This document shows, piece after piece, positions 1 to 9,945 of a stretch of DNA of 64,000 nucleotides. A program made the position numbers and the translations under genes. The DNA lies in the NCBI GenBank assembly GCA_002840365.1, contig PHAO01000001.1, positions 303,514-367,513 of the forward strand, read 5' to 3'. The notes beneath the pieces are model-generated. The model was not told where the DNA came from and did not search any database. It saw nothing but the letters and a program-made list of their open reading frames with translations. Position 1 is the first letter of the stretch, and each line of letters starts with the position of its first letter. The DNA is from Candidatus Dojkabacteria bacterium HGW-Dojkabacteria-1 (GTDB taxonomy: Bacteria; Patescibacteriota; Dojkabacteria; SC72).

Positions 1-588
1 AGGTCATCTGCCTTTGGCGTTATCGTTGTAGACTCTGTTGCTGCTCTTACACCAAGAGCTGAGATTGAAGGAGAGATGGGTGATAGTCATATGGGTTTAC
101 AGGCCAGACTTATGTCTCAGGCATTAAGAAAACTTACTGCAATAACTGGTAAAACAGGAACTACCATCATATTCCTGAATCAGTTACGTATGAAGATTGG
201 TGTAATGTTTGGTAATCCTGAAACTACAACAGGAGGTAATGCATTGAAATTCTATTCCTCTATTAGGATGGATATTAGACAGAGAGATAAAATTATGAAA
301 GATGGTTCTCTAATTGGTCACTCTAGAGTAGTAAAAGTAGTTAAGAACAAAATGGCTCCTCCATTTAAGGAAGCAACCTTCGATATGATATATCCTAAGG
401 GAATAGATAAAGAGAGTAGTATCTTAGACGCTGCAATTCAAATGGATATTGTTCAAAAGAGTGGTGCTTGGTTTAAGCATGGTGATGAACAATTGGCCCA
501 AGGAAAAGATGCTACTGTAGCATTGCTTAAAGAAGATACAAAGTTAAAAGACAGTATTGAAAAAGCTGTACGTGCTAAAATGAAGTAA
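1..588 (+). CDS. recA: recombinase RecA (5'-truncated by window)
   Basis: Frame is open from base 1: [51 protein letters not shown]. Confidence 0.99.
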   Translation, partial: RSSAFGVIVVDSVAALTPRAEIEGEMGDSHMGLQARLMSQALRKLTAITGKTGTTIIFLNQLRMKIGVMFGNPETTTGGNALKFYSSIRMDIRQRDKIMKDGSLIGHSRVVKVVKNKMAPPFKEATFDMIYPKGIDKESSILDAAIQMDIVQKSGAWFKHGDEQLAQGKDATVALLKEDTKLKDSIEKAVRAKMK

Positions 589-1241
589 TGTTAATTACTA
601 AGCTTGAATATCAAAAAAGGGATCCTAATAGGGTGAATCTTTACCTTGAGGGTAAATTTTTCTGTGGTATTTCTCTTGATACATTAGCTAAAGAAGCTTT
701 GTATGAAGGGTTGAATATAGAAGAAGAGGTATTGGATAGGATTGTGAAGGAAGAGCTTAAAGCTAGATTCCTTTCAAGGGCTTTGGAATATATCTCTAAA
801 AGTCCTAAGACAGAGTTTCAAATAAAGAAATATTTAAAAGAGTTAAAGTTTAAAAAGAAGAATATTTGGTACAAAGAAGGCATAGAGATTGATTGGGAAA
901 GTATGATTGACAGTATTGTTCTGAAATTAAAAGAGCTTAAATATATAGATGATGAGAATTTTGCTCGTATGTTTGTTCAGAGTAGAATGAGAATAAAACC
1001 AAGAGGTAAGAATGTAATGATTTCAGAATTGATTTCTAAAGGGGTAAGCAAAGATACAGCTCAAATGGTTTGTGATGAGGAAGTAGAGGATGAATATGAA
1101 TTGTTAAAGAAAACTTTTAGAAAAAAATACAAAGGTAAGAAATTGGATACAAAGGATAGTAAGATGGTTGGATTTCTTTACAGAAAGGGTTTTTCATGGG
1201 ATTTAATTGAGAAGCTAAGTAACGATGACACTGAAGAGTAA
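588..1241 (+). CDS. recX: regulatory protein RecX
   Basis: Follows recA; YIDDENFA and FLYRKGFSWD motifs. Confidence 0.9.
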   Translation: MLITKLEYQKRDPNRVNLYLEGKFFCGISLDTLAKEALYEGLNIEEEVLDRIVKEELKARFLSRALEYISKSPKTEFQIKKYLKELKFKKKNIWYKEGIEIDWESMIDSIVLKLKELKYIDDENFARMFVQSRMRIKPRGKNVMISELISKGVSKDTAQMVCDEEVEDEYELLKKTFRKKYKGKKLDTKDSKMVGFLYRKGFSWDLIEKLSNDDTEE

Positions 1242-2928
1242 AAGTAATTGGATATTGCCTGAAAAGATAGAAATAGACGATTTAATATCCTTTTTACTTA
1301 AAACTAGGAATATTGAAGATGAGGAAAACTTCCTTAATCCTTCATTAGAAAGTATTCCTTTGTTTGAATATCTTCATGATTCTAAATTAGCAGCAAAAGA
1401 GATAGTAGAAGCAGTTAAAGATGGAAAGAAGATTCTCATACATGGTGACTTTGATGCAGATGGTATTTCCTCTGTAAGTATTCTTTGGGAATTTCTTTTT
1501 AAAGAAGTATCAAATTATATTGGTAAGCAAACAGATGTTGTTCCATATATACCAAGTAGGATAGATCAAGGATATGGACTTACTAAGTCTTCACTTGAGG
1601 ATATGGTTAATATGAAAGCTGATATGTTAATAACCGTTGATTGTGGAGTGAGAGATAAGGAATTGATAAAGGAGTACAGAGAAAAACATGGTATTAATTT
1701 TGTAATTACAGATCATCATCAACCCCCTGAAGATATTTTAGATAGTCTCGACTATACTCTTGTTCATCCAATGTATCCTCATTTTGAATATCCAGAGACA
1801 AATGTATGTGGTGCTTTTGTAACTTTTCTCCTAACTCAGGCAATTAGGAAAGAATTAGGAATGGATTCCAAAATTAGTGAAGAAAGTGAGGGTTTAGATT
1901 TAGTTGCATTGGCTACTGTTACAGATATTATGCCTCTTTTAGATTCTAATAGGGCGGTTGTATATTGGGGATTGGAACAGATAAAGAGGGGGAAAAGGTT
2001 AGGTTTAAATGAATTAATAGATATTGCTGGTATAGAGAGAAATGAGATAGATAGCTATCATTTAGGATATATTCTTGGTCCAAGAATAAATGCTGCAGGA
2101 AGAATAGGGTCTCCCTTGGATGCTGTTAAAATGCTTGTTAGTGACAAGGAGAGTGTATGTAAAAATATTGCCAATATTCTTAATGAAACCAACTATCAAA
2201 GACAATATATGACTCAAAGTAGTATAGAGGAGGCTGAGCAAATGATTGGTGATATCGCGGAAAAGAAATTACTCTTTGTTGTAGGAGATGCCTGGCATGA
2301 GGGTATAGTTGGTTTAGTAGCAGGAAAACTTAATGAAAAATATCATAGACCAGTACTCGTAGGTACAAGATCTAAAGAAGGAATACGTGGTTCAGCAAGA
2401 AGTATAGAAGGGTTTGATATAACTAAGGCGTTAACAGAGTGTAGTGAGTATTTAGATAGATATGGTGGTCATGAACAAGCAGCTGGGTTTACGATAAAGA
2501 ATGGAATGGAAAAAGATTTTGCAAAATGTATACATGAGATATCAGATAGGGAAATTACAAAGGAGATGTTAACAAAAGAATTAAAGGTAGATTTACTCCT
2601 TGGAAGTGATGATATTACAAAGGGTTTAGTAGAGAAGTTAGATATGTTTAAACCATATGGAAATGGCAACAGGAAGCCCCTAATAGGTATGACGGATCTA
2701 GTGGTATTTAAAAAACAGCCAATGGGAAAACTTGGAAATCATATGAAGTTAATATGTAAAGGGGAAGGTATAGACTTGATAACCTTTGTAATGTTTAATT
2801 GCGATGAGGATATTGAAGAGATACAGGTCGATAGTGTAATAGATGTTGTAGGAAGTGTAGGCATAAATACATGGAATGGAAATGAGCAGGTACAATTTCT
2901 TGTAAAGGAGTGGAGATTTAAAGTATAA
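1225..2928 (+). CDS. recJ: ssDNA exonuclease RecJ
   Basis: GDFDADG, TDHH, LGPRINAAGR, GGHEQAAG. Confidence 0.97.
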   Translation: MTLKSKSNWILPEKIEIDDLISFLLKTRNIEDEENFLNPSLESIPLFEYLHDSKLAAKEIVEAVKDGKKILIHGDFDADGISSVSILWEFLFKEVSNYIGKQTDVVPYIPSRIDQGYGLTKSSLEDMVNMKADMLITVDCGVRDKELIKEYREKHGINFVITDHHQPPEDILDSLDYTLVHPMYPHFEYPETNVCGAFVTFLLTQAIRKELGMDSKISEESEGLDLVALATVTDIMPLLDSNRAVVYWGLEQIKRGKRLGLNELIDIAGIERNEIDSYHLGYILGPRINAAGRIGSPLDAVKMLVSDKESVCKNIANILNETNYQRQYMTQSSIEEAEQMIGDIAEKKLLFVVGDAWHEGIVGLVAGKLNEKYHRPVLVGTRSKEGIRGSARSIEGFDITKALTECSEYLDRYGGHEQAAGFTIKNGMEKDFAKCIHEISDREITKEMLTKELKVDLLLGSDDITKGLVEKLDMFKPYGNGNRKPLIGMTDLVVFKKQPMGKLGNHMKLICKGEGIDLITFVMFNCDEDIEEIQVDSVIDVVGSVGINTWNGNEQVQFLVKEWRFKV

Positions 2929-2929
2929 T

Positions 2930-3050
2930 GAGGATGTGACAGTGCAGAAATGATAAAGAGGTCCACAAGACAATTGGGGTGGCACCGCGGTAGGAATATC
3001 GTCCCCTTTCCAGTGAAGATATTGTATCTTTAATGGAGAGGGGATTTTTA
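2930..3050 (+). promoter_or_regulatory. T-box riboswitch leader of aspS (very compact)
   Basis: GGGGTGGCACCGCGG (2976-2990) pairs with CGTCCCC as the antiterminator; overlapping terminator TCCCCTTTCCA...TGGAGAGGGGA-TTTTT; lies upstream of a tRNA synthetase. Confidence 0.85.
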
Positions 3051-3072
3051 TTTAACATATATATTTACAAAA

Positions 3073-4404
3073 ATGGAAAGAATCCATATTAAAGATTTAA
3101 AGGAATATATCGGAAAAGAAGTAAGAATAAGAGGAAGGGTAGATACTATTAGAGATCAGGGAAAAATACTCTTCTTAGTATTAAGAGACAGAACAGGCAA
3201 GGTACAAACAGTTGCATGGCATGGTGATGAGGAGGTATTTAAAAATGCTAAATCACTAACTAATGAATCTGTTGTAGATATCATTGGTGATGTAAAAGAG
3301 GCAAAGCAAGTTGCAACTGGCTACGAAGTAGCGATAAAGAGTTTAAAGGTTGATTCTCTTTCTAATACCCCATTACCAATCGTGATTGAGGAACCACATA
3401 CAAACAATATTTCTGCACTAGACAGAAGATTGGACTATAGATGGATAGATTTGAGGAGTGAAAGAAACTCTCTGATGATGGATGTTGCTACAACAATGGG
3501 ACATGCATTAAGAACATACTGTATAGAAAATGAATTTAAAGAAATACAAGCTCCAAGAATTATTAGTGCAGCAAGTGAATCTGGAGCTAGTGTCTTTGAA
3601 GTTAAATATTTCGACAAAAAGGCATATCTTGCTCAATCACCCCAGTTTCATAAACAGATGGGTATATCTTCTGATTTAGAAAGAGTCTTCAATATGGGTC
3701 CTGTATTTAGGGCAGAGAAGTCATTTACAACTCGTCACTTAACAGAATATACAAGTTTTGATGTTGAGATGGGGTATATAGATTCATACAAAGATGTTTG
3801 TCATTTTGAACAGGAGATGCTTAAGTATATGCTTAAGCAAGTAAAAGAGAAACATGGAGAAGAAATTAAAAGAGTTTTTGGTACAGAGGTAAAAGTACCC
3901 GAAGGAGATTTCCCATTCCTTTCTGTAGAAGAAGCAAAAAAGAAATTAGCGAAAGCAGGTGTCCCAAGTAAGGATACCGGTGACTTTTCACCTGAAGAGG
4001 AAAAAGCAATAGGGCAGATAATGGAGGAAGAAACAGGTAGTGAATTTATCTTTATGGTTGATTACCCTCATGCAAGAAGAGCCTTCTATCACATGAAAAA
4101 TGAGGAGAATCCCTCTATTGCATTAGGATTTGACCTTTTTTGGAAAGGATTAGAGATTACTACTGGAGCACAAAGAGAGCATAGGGTAGAGAATCTTAAA
4201 GAGAATGCTAAAGAAAGGGGTATGGGTGAAGAATCTCTTTCTGAGTATTTTGACTACTTTAAATATGGTTGTCCTCCACATGGTGGATTTGCAATAGGTA
4301 CTGAAAGACTCCTTATGAAGATGTTAGGCTTTGGAAGTATTCTAGAAACAACATATCTTCCAAATACACCTAATAGATTAGGAAAATTAATTGCAAGAAA
4401 GTAA
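3073..4404 (+). CDS. aspS: aspartate--tRNA(Asp/Asn) ligase, short archaeal-type, probably non-discriminating
   Basis: OB-fold N-terminus, YLAQSPQ, FRAE, GLEITTGAQR, YGCPPHGGFAIGTER; 443 aa, too short to carry the GAD insertion. Confidence 0.9.
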   Translation: MERIHIKDLKEYIGKEVRIRGRVDTIRDQGKILFLVLRDRTGKVQTVAWHGDEEVFKNAKSLTNESVVDIIGDVKEAKQVATGYEVAIKSLKVDSLSNTPLPIVIEEPHTNNISALDRRLDYRWIDLRSERNSLMMDVATTMGHALRTYCIENEFKEIQAPRIISAASESGASVFEVKYFDKKAYLAQSPQFHKQMGISSDLERVFNMGPVFRAEKSFTTRHLTEYTSFDVEMGYIDSYKDVCHFEQEMLKYMLKQVKEKHGEEIKRVFGTEVKVPEGDFPFLSVEEAKKKLAKAGVPSKDTGDFSPEEEKAIGQIMEEETGSEFIFMVDYPHARRAFYHMKNEENPSIALGFDLFWKGLEITTGAQREHRVENLKENAKERGMGEESLSEYFDYFKYGCPPHGGFAIGTERLLMKMLGFGSILETTYLPNTPNRLGKLIARK

Positions 4405-4459
4405 CCAAAATATATTAGATATATGTTAATATCAGGGAGTAATATTTCCTGATATATGT

Positions 4460-5530
4460 ATGTCTAATACGTTACTTACAGTAAACAGAGAAAAGGTTCT
4501 TCCTGATGAGAGATATGATGAAAAGCTTTTTAAACAGGCTTACAAAGCTGGTTTAGAAGCTAAAGAATTAGAGAAAAAGAATTCTAAAAAGAAAAAACTT
4601 TTTAAAATATCTGTAATACTCTTTTCTTTCTTGCTTGTATTGGGAATAGTATCGAGTTTTTTTCTTTTTAAAAAGGAAAAACTTGAATATATTGAAGCCC
4701 AAGAGGAAAACAAACAGGTATCTTTTTATGAAATTCAAGATGATATTGAAATCTTACCTCTTACACTCAATATCTCAGCAAACAATATATCCGCTCAAAG
4801 TGCATTAGTATTTGATAGTAGAAATGGTTCCTTTATATTTGAAAAAAATATTGATGAGAGAAGACCTATTGCTAGTATCACTAAGCTTCTTTCTGTAATA
4901 GTTGCGCTAGAAACATTTAAACTAGATGATACCGTTGAAGTTAGTTTAGAGAATATCCCTGAAAATTTAGATTGGAAGTTAGAATTGCAAGAGGGAGATA
5001 TCATAAAGGTTGATGCTCTTTTGAAATCTATGCTTTTAAGTTCTTTTAATGATACTGCGTATATATTAGCCAATGCATATCCAAATGGAGGATACAGTGG
5101 ATTTGTAAAGGCTATGAATAACAAAGCAAAGGTATTAAGAATGGAAGACAGTATGTTTAGTAATCCCGCAGGTTTAGATAATGAGAAGAACTATTCTACA
5201 GCAAGAGATGTTGGTAAATTAGTTGCAGCTACTCTTAACTACGAGTATATCCTTGATATTACAAGCAAAGCATCAGCTAATATCTCTTGGAATTCAGGTG
5301 ATGAATTAAAGAGTAAAATCATATACACAACTAATCAATTGTATGGTGTTAATCCATATTCAAAAGGGTTGAAGACTGGTATTACCAAAGATGCAAAACA
5401 GTGTTTTGTAGGGTATTTTGTATACCCAAGTAAGGGTGAAATAATTACAGTAGTGTTAGGATCTGAAGATAGGTTTACTGATACACAAAATCTTGAAAGA
5501 TTAAGCAGGCAGGTATTAGAAAGAAAGTAA
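4460..5530 (+). CDS. D-alanyl-D-alanine carboxypeptidase (peptidase S11), membrane anchored
   Basis: ASITK (SxxK), SFN (SxN), KTG, FSNPAGLD; N-terminal TM helix. Confidence 0.9.
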   Translation: MSNTLLTVNREKVLPDERYDEKLFKQAYKAGLEAKELEKKNSKKKKLFKISVILFSFLLVLGIVSSFFLFKKEKLEYIEAQEENKQVSFYEIQDDIEILPLTLNISANNISAQSALVFDSRNGSFIFEKNIDERRPIASITKLLSVIVALETFKLDDTVEVSLENIPENLDWKLELQEGDIIKVDALLKSMLLSSFNDTAYILANAYPNGGYSGFVKAMNNKAKVLRMEDSMFSNPAGLDNEKNYSTARDVGKLVAATLNYEYILDITSKASANISWNSGDELKSKIIYTTNQLYGVNPYSKGLKTGITKDAKQCFVGYFVYPSKGEIITVVLGSEDRFTDTQNLERLSRQVLERK

Positions 5531-6823
5531 CCCTTTCTCCTTAACTGGTGCAGGAGGAAGCTCTATTTTGTCTTGTACAATTCCGTAATTGATAGCAGGA
5601 TAATATATGAAGAAATCCGCTCTTTCACCACCTTTCAATTCAGCTTGTCCTTCTACCATGTAAACAGGTTGTAAATATTGCTGCTCTGCTGTTCCTTCAA
5701 AGTAGGTAATATATATATTGTCTACTCTAAATTTGTTTACACTAACTGGAGTATAATCTCTTACTTCATCTCCAGAGCTATTAAGATATACAATACTTCC
5801 TTCTCCTTCTTGTATTTTCTGTAGTGCGAGTGATGGAGAAATTAACTCATATGTACCACAACTTTCACTCTCAATACTCCATGTATTGTATTCAATTTGA
5901 TATATATTGGGGAGAATTTTTGTAGAATCGTCTTTTGGTCCAATATATACTGATATATTTGTTTTAACTGGATACTGGTATGTAAGAAGAGTACTGAAAT
6001 TATATACTTCTACCCTTTGATCATTCACTATACTACTACCCAGTTCATATGAAAGATTCTTTCTTGTTAGACTGTCTACCATTAATTGAGCACCTTCAAG
6101 ATTTGTAGCAATTGAAATCATAGGGACTTTTCTTAAGAAATCTACCCTAATTAATTCTGCAGTTATTAAAGATTCTGCTTGAGAGAATGAACCATCTGGG
6201 TTTATATCGATAAGGTGAATAGTTGGTTGTACCTCTGTATATGCCTGATCTAATATCCCTAAACTTCTCAATGCATTAGTAGCAATTGATGGTGCCTCTC
6301 TCTCTGTTGGCAAATCTATATCTCTTCTTAATCTCCTTATCTTTTCAAAATCAGTTTTCATTGTGAAGTTTAAATCTCTTGCTCTTACTATTAAACTTCT
6401 CTGAGTACTATTATCTGCCCATACATATGCTGTAGTTCCCTGCCTTACAAATCTTTCTGGGTCAAACCCTAATTTTTTAGATAGGATTTTAGCTTCTCCT
6501 TGAGAGTTAATAATTTGCCCCAGATTGGTATATCTATATACATTAACAATATTAGGTAGACTATCTACCTTACCTGTATCGGTTTGTAATTCAAATATCA
6601 TTTCTGAATCAGGATTAATTTGTAATCCTGGTATTTCTAGTTTGTGTTTAAGGAAATCGTCTTTCTTTTCCGTACAAGCAAAGTTTGCTGTTAAGTACTC
6701 TGGTGGGAGTGTTGTTTCTCTAGAAGTAAAGAGTAACATTAATACTAAGATGAAAATGAATCCTGCTACAAGTGCTATTACTCCAAATCTTTTAGTCCAG
6801 AATGCTGCTTCAGTTAATGTCAT
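5516..6823 (-). CDS. hypothetical membrane-anchored extracytoplasmic protein
   Basis: 435-aa ORF with an N-terminal TM helix. Confidence 0.8.
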   Translation of the reverse strand: MTLTEAAFWTKRFGVIALVAGFIFILVLMLLFTSRETTLPPEYLTANFACTEKKDDFLKHKLEIPGLQINPDSEMIFELQTDTGKVDSLPNIVNVYRYTNLGQIINSQGEAKILSKKLGFDPERFVRQGTTAYVWADNSTQRSLIVRARDLNFTMKTDFEKIRRLRRDIDLPTEREAPSIATNALRSLGILDQAYTEVQPTIHLIDINPDGSFSQAESLITAELIRVDFLRKVPMISIATNLEGAQLMVDSLTRKNLSYELGSSIVNDQRVEVYNFSTLLTYQYPVKTNISVYIGPKDDSTKILPNIYQIEYNTWSIESESCGTYELISPSLALQKIQEGEGSIVYLNSSGDEVRDYTPVSVNKFRVDNIYITYFEGTAEQQYLQPVYMVEGQAELKGGERADFFIYYPAINYGIVQDKIELPPAPVKEKGLLSF

Positions 6824-6884
6824 GGTATAATCATAACAGTGTATATATGTTATATCAACCTAATTTTATACTACTTTCTTTAGA

Positions 6885-8546
6885 ATGAGAACAGAGCAGG
6901 AGAATATTCAAATAGCACAATTACTTTTTCCAGAAGTAAAAGAATCAGTAGAAGATATTTTTAAAAGATACCCAAAAAGAAACTTAAATGAAGAGCAGTT
7001 AGTTCTAAGATTTGCACCTAGTCCAACAGGCTTTCTTCATATTGGGAATGTATATACTAGTTTAGTAGGATACCTTCTTTCAAAGAGAAGTAATGGTATG
7101 TTCTTACTTAGGATTGAGGATACAGATAAAGAAAGAGAGGTTGAGAATGGTATATCAGCAATAGTTAATGGTTTAAAAGGTTTTGGTATTCATTTTGATG
7201 AGGGAATGAAAAACGAACTGGAAAGCGAAGGTGAGTATGGACCATATATTCAAAGTCAAAGGATTGATATTTACAAGGTTTTTGCTAGAGATTTAGTTTC
7301 TAAAGGAAAAGCATACCTTTGTTTTGCAACACCTGAAGAATTAGAAGAGATACGAGAAAAACAAACTTCTATGAAGGTAAGAACTGGTTACTATGGTGAA
7401 TTTGCAAAATGGAGGAATGCTTCATTTGATGAAGTGATGAAGAATCTTAATTCTGGTAAACCTTTTGTAATACGATTGTATTCAAATGGAAATATTGAAA
7501 ACAAGATAAATAGTGTTGATTTGATTAAGGGTGGTGTTACTGTTTCTGAAAATGATATGGATGCTGTCCTTCTTAAGTCTGATGGATTACCAACATATCA
7601 TTTTGCTCATCCTATTGATGATACTTTGATGGGTATATCTTTTGTGACAAGAGGAGAGGAATGGTTTGCTTCTCAATCATTACATATGGAGATATTTAAG
7701 GTATTATATTTTAAACAGTTACAATATGCTCATATTTCACCTCTAATGAAAATGGATGAAGGAGGAAAGAGAAAGCTAAGTAAGAGAAAAGATCCTGAGG
7801 CTGCTGTTTCCTTCTATTTAGAAAATGGTTTCCCAATCGAAGGTGTAAAGGAATATCTTCTTAATATTGCAAATTCTAATTTCTCTGATTGGAGAATACA
7901 AAATCCTGAAAAAGGTATTGTAGAGTTTGATCTCAAATTAGAGAAGTTTAACAAGGCAGGTGCACTTTTTGATATTACAAAGTTAAATGATGTATGTAAG
8001 GAATATATTTCAAGATTAAGTGCTAAACAAGTGTATGAATATGCTCTTGAATGGGCAAGGGAATATGACTCTAGACTCTTTGAGAAGCTTACTAATCACA
8101 AGGATTACAGTATTGAAATTCTAAATATTGAGAGAGAAGGAGAAAAGATACGTAAGGATATTGTTAAATGGTCTGATGTACCATATCAAATGGAATTGTT
8201 TTTTGATGATATGTACAAAGATATGAAGAAAGAGTCTCTAGATATGAGCCTTGATTTACAAAAAGATATTTTAAATGAATACCTTGATACCTTCTATATG
8301 GGAGATTCTGCTCCAGAGTGGTTTGGGAAGATTAAGGAGATTGGAATTAAGAATGGTTTTTGTGCTGATTACAAAGAGTATGAGAAGAGTCCTAAAAAGT
8401 ATAAAGGTAAGATTGGAGATGTCGCCATGGTAATTAGGGTTGCAATAACCGGAAGAAAACAGACTCCTGATTTGTATCAAGTGATACAAGTGATGGGTGA
8501 GAACAGGATTCGTGAAAGGATAAAGGAGTATATTAATTCTCTTTAG
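6885..8546 (+). CDS. gltX: glutamate--tRNA ligase
   Basis: RFAPSPTGFLHIG, LRIEDTD, KSDGLPTYHFA, KLSKRK. Confidence 0.96.
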   Translation: MRTEQENIQIAQLLFPEVKESVEDIFKRYPKRNLNEEQLVLRFAPSPTGFLHIGNVYTSLVGYLLSKRSNGMFLLRIEDTDKEREVENGISAIVNGLKGFGIHFDEGMKNELESEGEYGPYIQSQRIDIYKVFARDLVSKGKAYLCFATPEELEEIREKQTSMKVRTGYYGEFAKWRNASFDEVMKNLNSGKPFVIRLYSNGNIENKINSVDLIKGGVTVSENDMDAVLLKSDGLPTYHFAHPIDDTLMGISFVTRGEEWFASQSLHMEIFKVLYFKQLQYAHISPLMKMDEGGKRKLSKRKDPEAAVSFYLENGFPIEGVKEYLLNIANSNFSDWRIQNPEKGIVEFDLKLEKFNKAGALFDITKLNDVCKEYISRLSAKQVYEYALEWAREYDSRLFEKLTNHKDYSIEILNIEREGEKIRKDIVKWSDVPYQMELFFDDMYKDMKKESLDMSLDLQKDILNEYLDTFYMGDSAPEWFGKIKEIGIKNGFCADYKEYEKSPKKYKGKIGDVAMVIRVAITGRKQTPDLYQVIQVMGENRIRERIKEYINSL

Positions 8547-8570
8547 GAATATAGTATAATTGCTTGTTTC

Positions 8571-8641
8571 TGCCGGATCGTCTAATGGTAGGACGACGGT
8601 CTCTGGAACCGTTAATCCTAGTTCGAATCTAGGTCCGGCAA
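8571..8641 (+). tRNA. tRNA-Gln(CTG), CCA not encoded
   Basis: Acceptor stem TGCCGGA/TCCGGCA; anticodon arm ACGGT-CT-CTG-GA-ACCGT; T-loop GTTCGAATC. Confidence 0.97.
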
Positions 8642-8642
8642 G

Positions 8643-8915
8643 TTACTCTCTAAATGAGGACATTAATTCCATTACCTTCTTTACTGCGTATGCTAATTGA
8701 GGATTCTCTGTTTCATCAACAAATCCTATCTCATCTAGAATAGTTTCAACTTCTTCCTCAGAGAGGAGTACTTTACAATCCTCCATATGATCAGGATTTT
8801 CTATCAAACAGGAAAGTTTGTTAAAAAGAGGAGTACCTTGATATTTATTTAAATCGACATTACCTAAAAGAGCTCTTGTTTCCTCATTTGTTAAATACAA
8901 CATACCTCTGTGCAT
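8643..8915 (-). CDS. hypothetical protein
   Basis: 90-aa ORF with protein-like composition filling the gap. Confidence 0.7.
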   Translation of the reverse strand: MHRGMLYLTNEETRALLGNVDLNKYQGTPLFNKLSCLIENPDHMEDCKVLLSEEEVETILDEIGFVDETENPQLAYAVKKVMELMSSFRE

Positions 8916-8920
8916 TTTCT

Positions 8921-9594
8921 TTATGATTCATATTTTAAAGTACCCTTCTTATAAAAGACTAGTAAAAGAAGGGAAATGGAGAGCATCTCTGAGAATTCTT
9001 CTAATGAAAGCCAAAGTATATTTTCAAAAGGAGCGAATCCTCTAGATGTATTATACAACTCAATGAAGGGAACACTAAAGAGTATTACAAATGCTATTAC
9101 TAGTACAGGATTTTTTTCTTAGAGAGTCTATTGTAAATAGTCTTTAAGAATATTAAGGACATAAGTCCAAAGAAAAGAATCGCGGGTGAGTAGAGTAATA
9201 CCCAATCTGCAGAATTGTATCCTAGCGATCTTGCAAAGGAATATATATCATTTATAAAGGGTAGTATTTGAGCTAATTGGGGTTTTAAATTCTCATGTAT
9301 TTGTCCAATTTCATCTAATGCAAGAAAGAAAAATGCTACAGGAAATGTGTATAGTGCTAGTTTCGTAATCTTGTTTGTTTTTTCCTTTATATTTTCTTTT
9401 GCGAATATGTAAAGGAAGAATGAAAGAGCGAGTAACTTAATAGTTTGGTATACAGTTGGAATATTGTTTTCTGTGTCTAAGTTGAAGAATTTAATAGTTC
9501 CTCTAGTAGAAATATATATTACAGTTAGCAAAATATCTATTCCAATTAAAAGTAGGGGAAGTTTATACTTCTTGAAAAACTCTTTATTAAGCAT
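8921..9594 (-). pseudogene. multi-pass membrane protein split by a 1-nt frameshift near an A7 run
   Basis: ORF 9100-9594 (LALDEIGQIHE) continues in another frame as VLVIAFVILFSVPFIE...LSLEEFSEMLSISLLLLVFYKKGTLKYES* ending at 8921. Confidence 0.8.
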
Positions 9595-9656
9595 TGAATT
9601 TCTTATTTATCTAAACTAGCTTCCTATTTATATTAGTTCTTTACTGTTTTTGCAAG

Positions 9657-9929
9657 TTATCTATTTAAGAGTTTTGTTACGGTTAGTATTTCTTCAATCA
9701 TTTTTTGTTTTTTGTTTTCATCTTCAGAGTCTATAGCCATAGAGAAACAATGATGTAAATGATTTTCCATTAAGGTCTGATTTGAAGATTTGAGTAATCC
9801 GATTGCTGCAAGATTTTGTTGCATAATGTCTATACAGTATTCATCCTTTTCAACCATATCAATAATTTTTTCTATTAGACTTTTTGCTTTCTTTAATCCG
9901 ATTAATGATTTTTGTTTGTTGTTTTTCAT
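9657..9929 (-). CDS. csoR: CsoR/RcnR family metal-sensing repressor
   Basis: YCIDIMQQ and ENHLHHC give the C-H-C ligand pattern; located in a copper cluster. Confidence 0.88.
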   Translation of the reverse strand: MKNNKQKSLIGLKKAKSLIEKIIDMVEKDEYCIDIMQQNLAAIGLLKSSNQTLMENHLHHCFSMAIDSEDENKKQKMIEEILTVTKLLNR

Positions 9930-9945
9930 TTTGCAAGGGTATTAA

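Noticed and set aside
4429-4455. Hairpin ATATCAGGGA/TTCCTGATAT between aspS and the carboxypeptidase gene
   Set aside because: No U-tract and no recognisable family; not enough evidence to call a terminator or regulator
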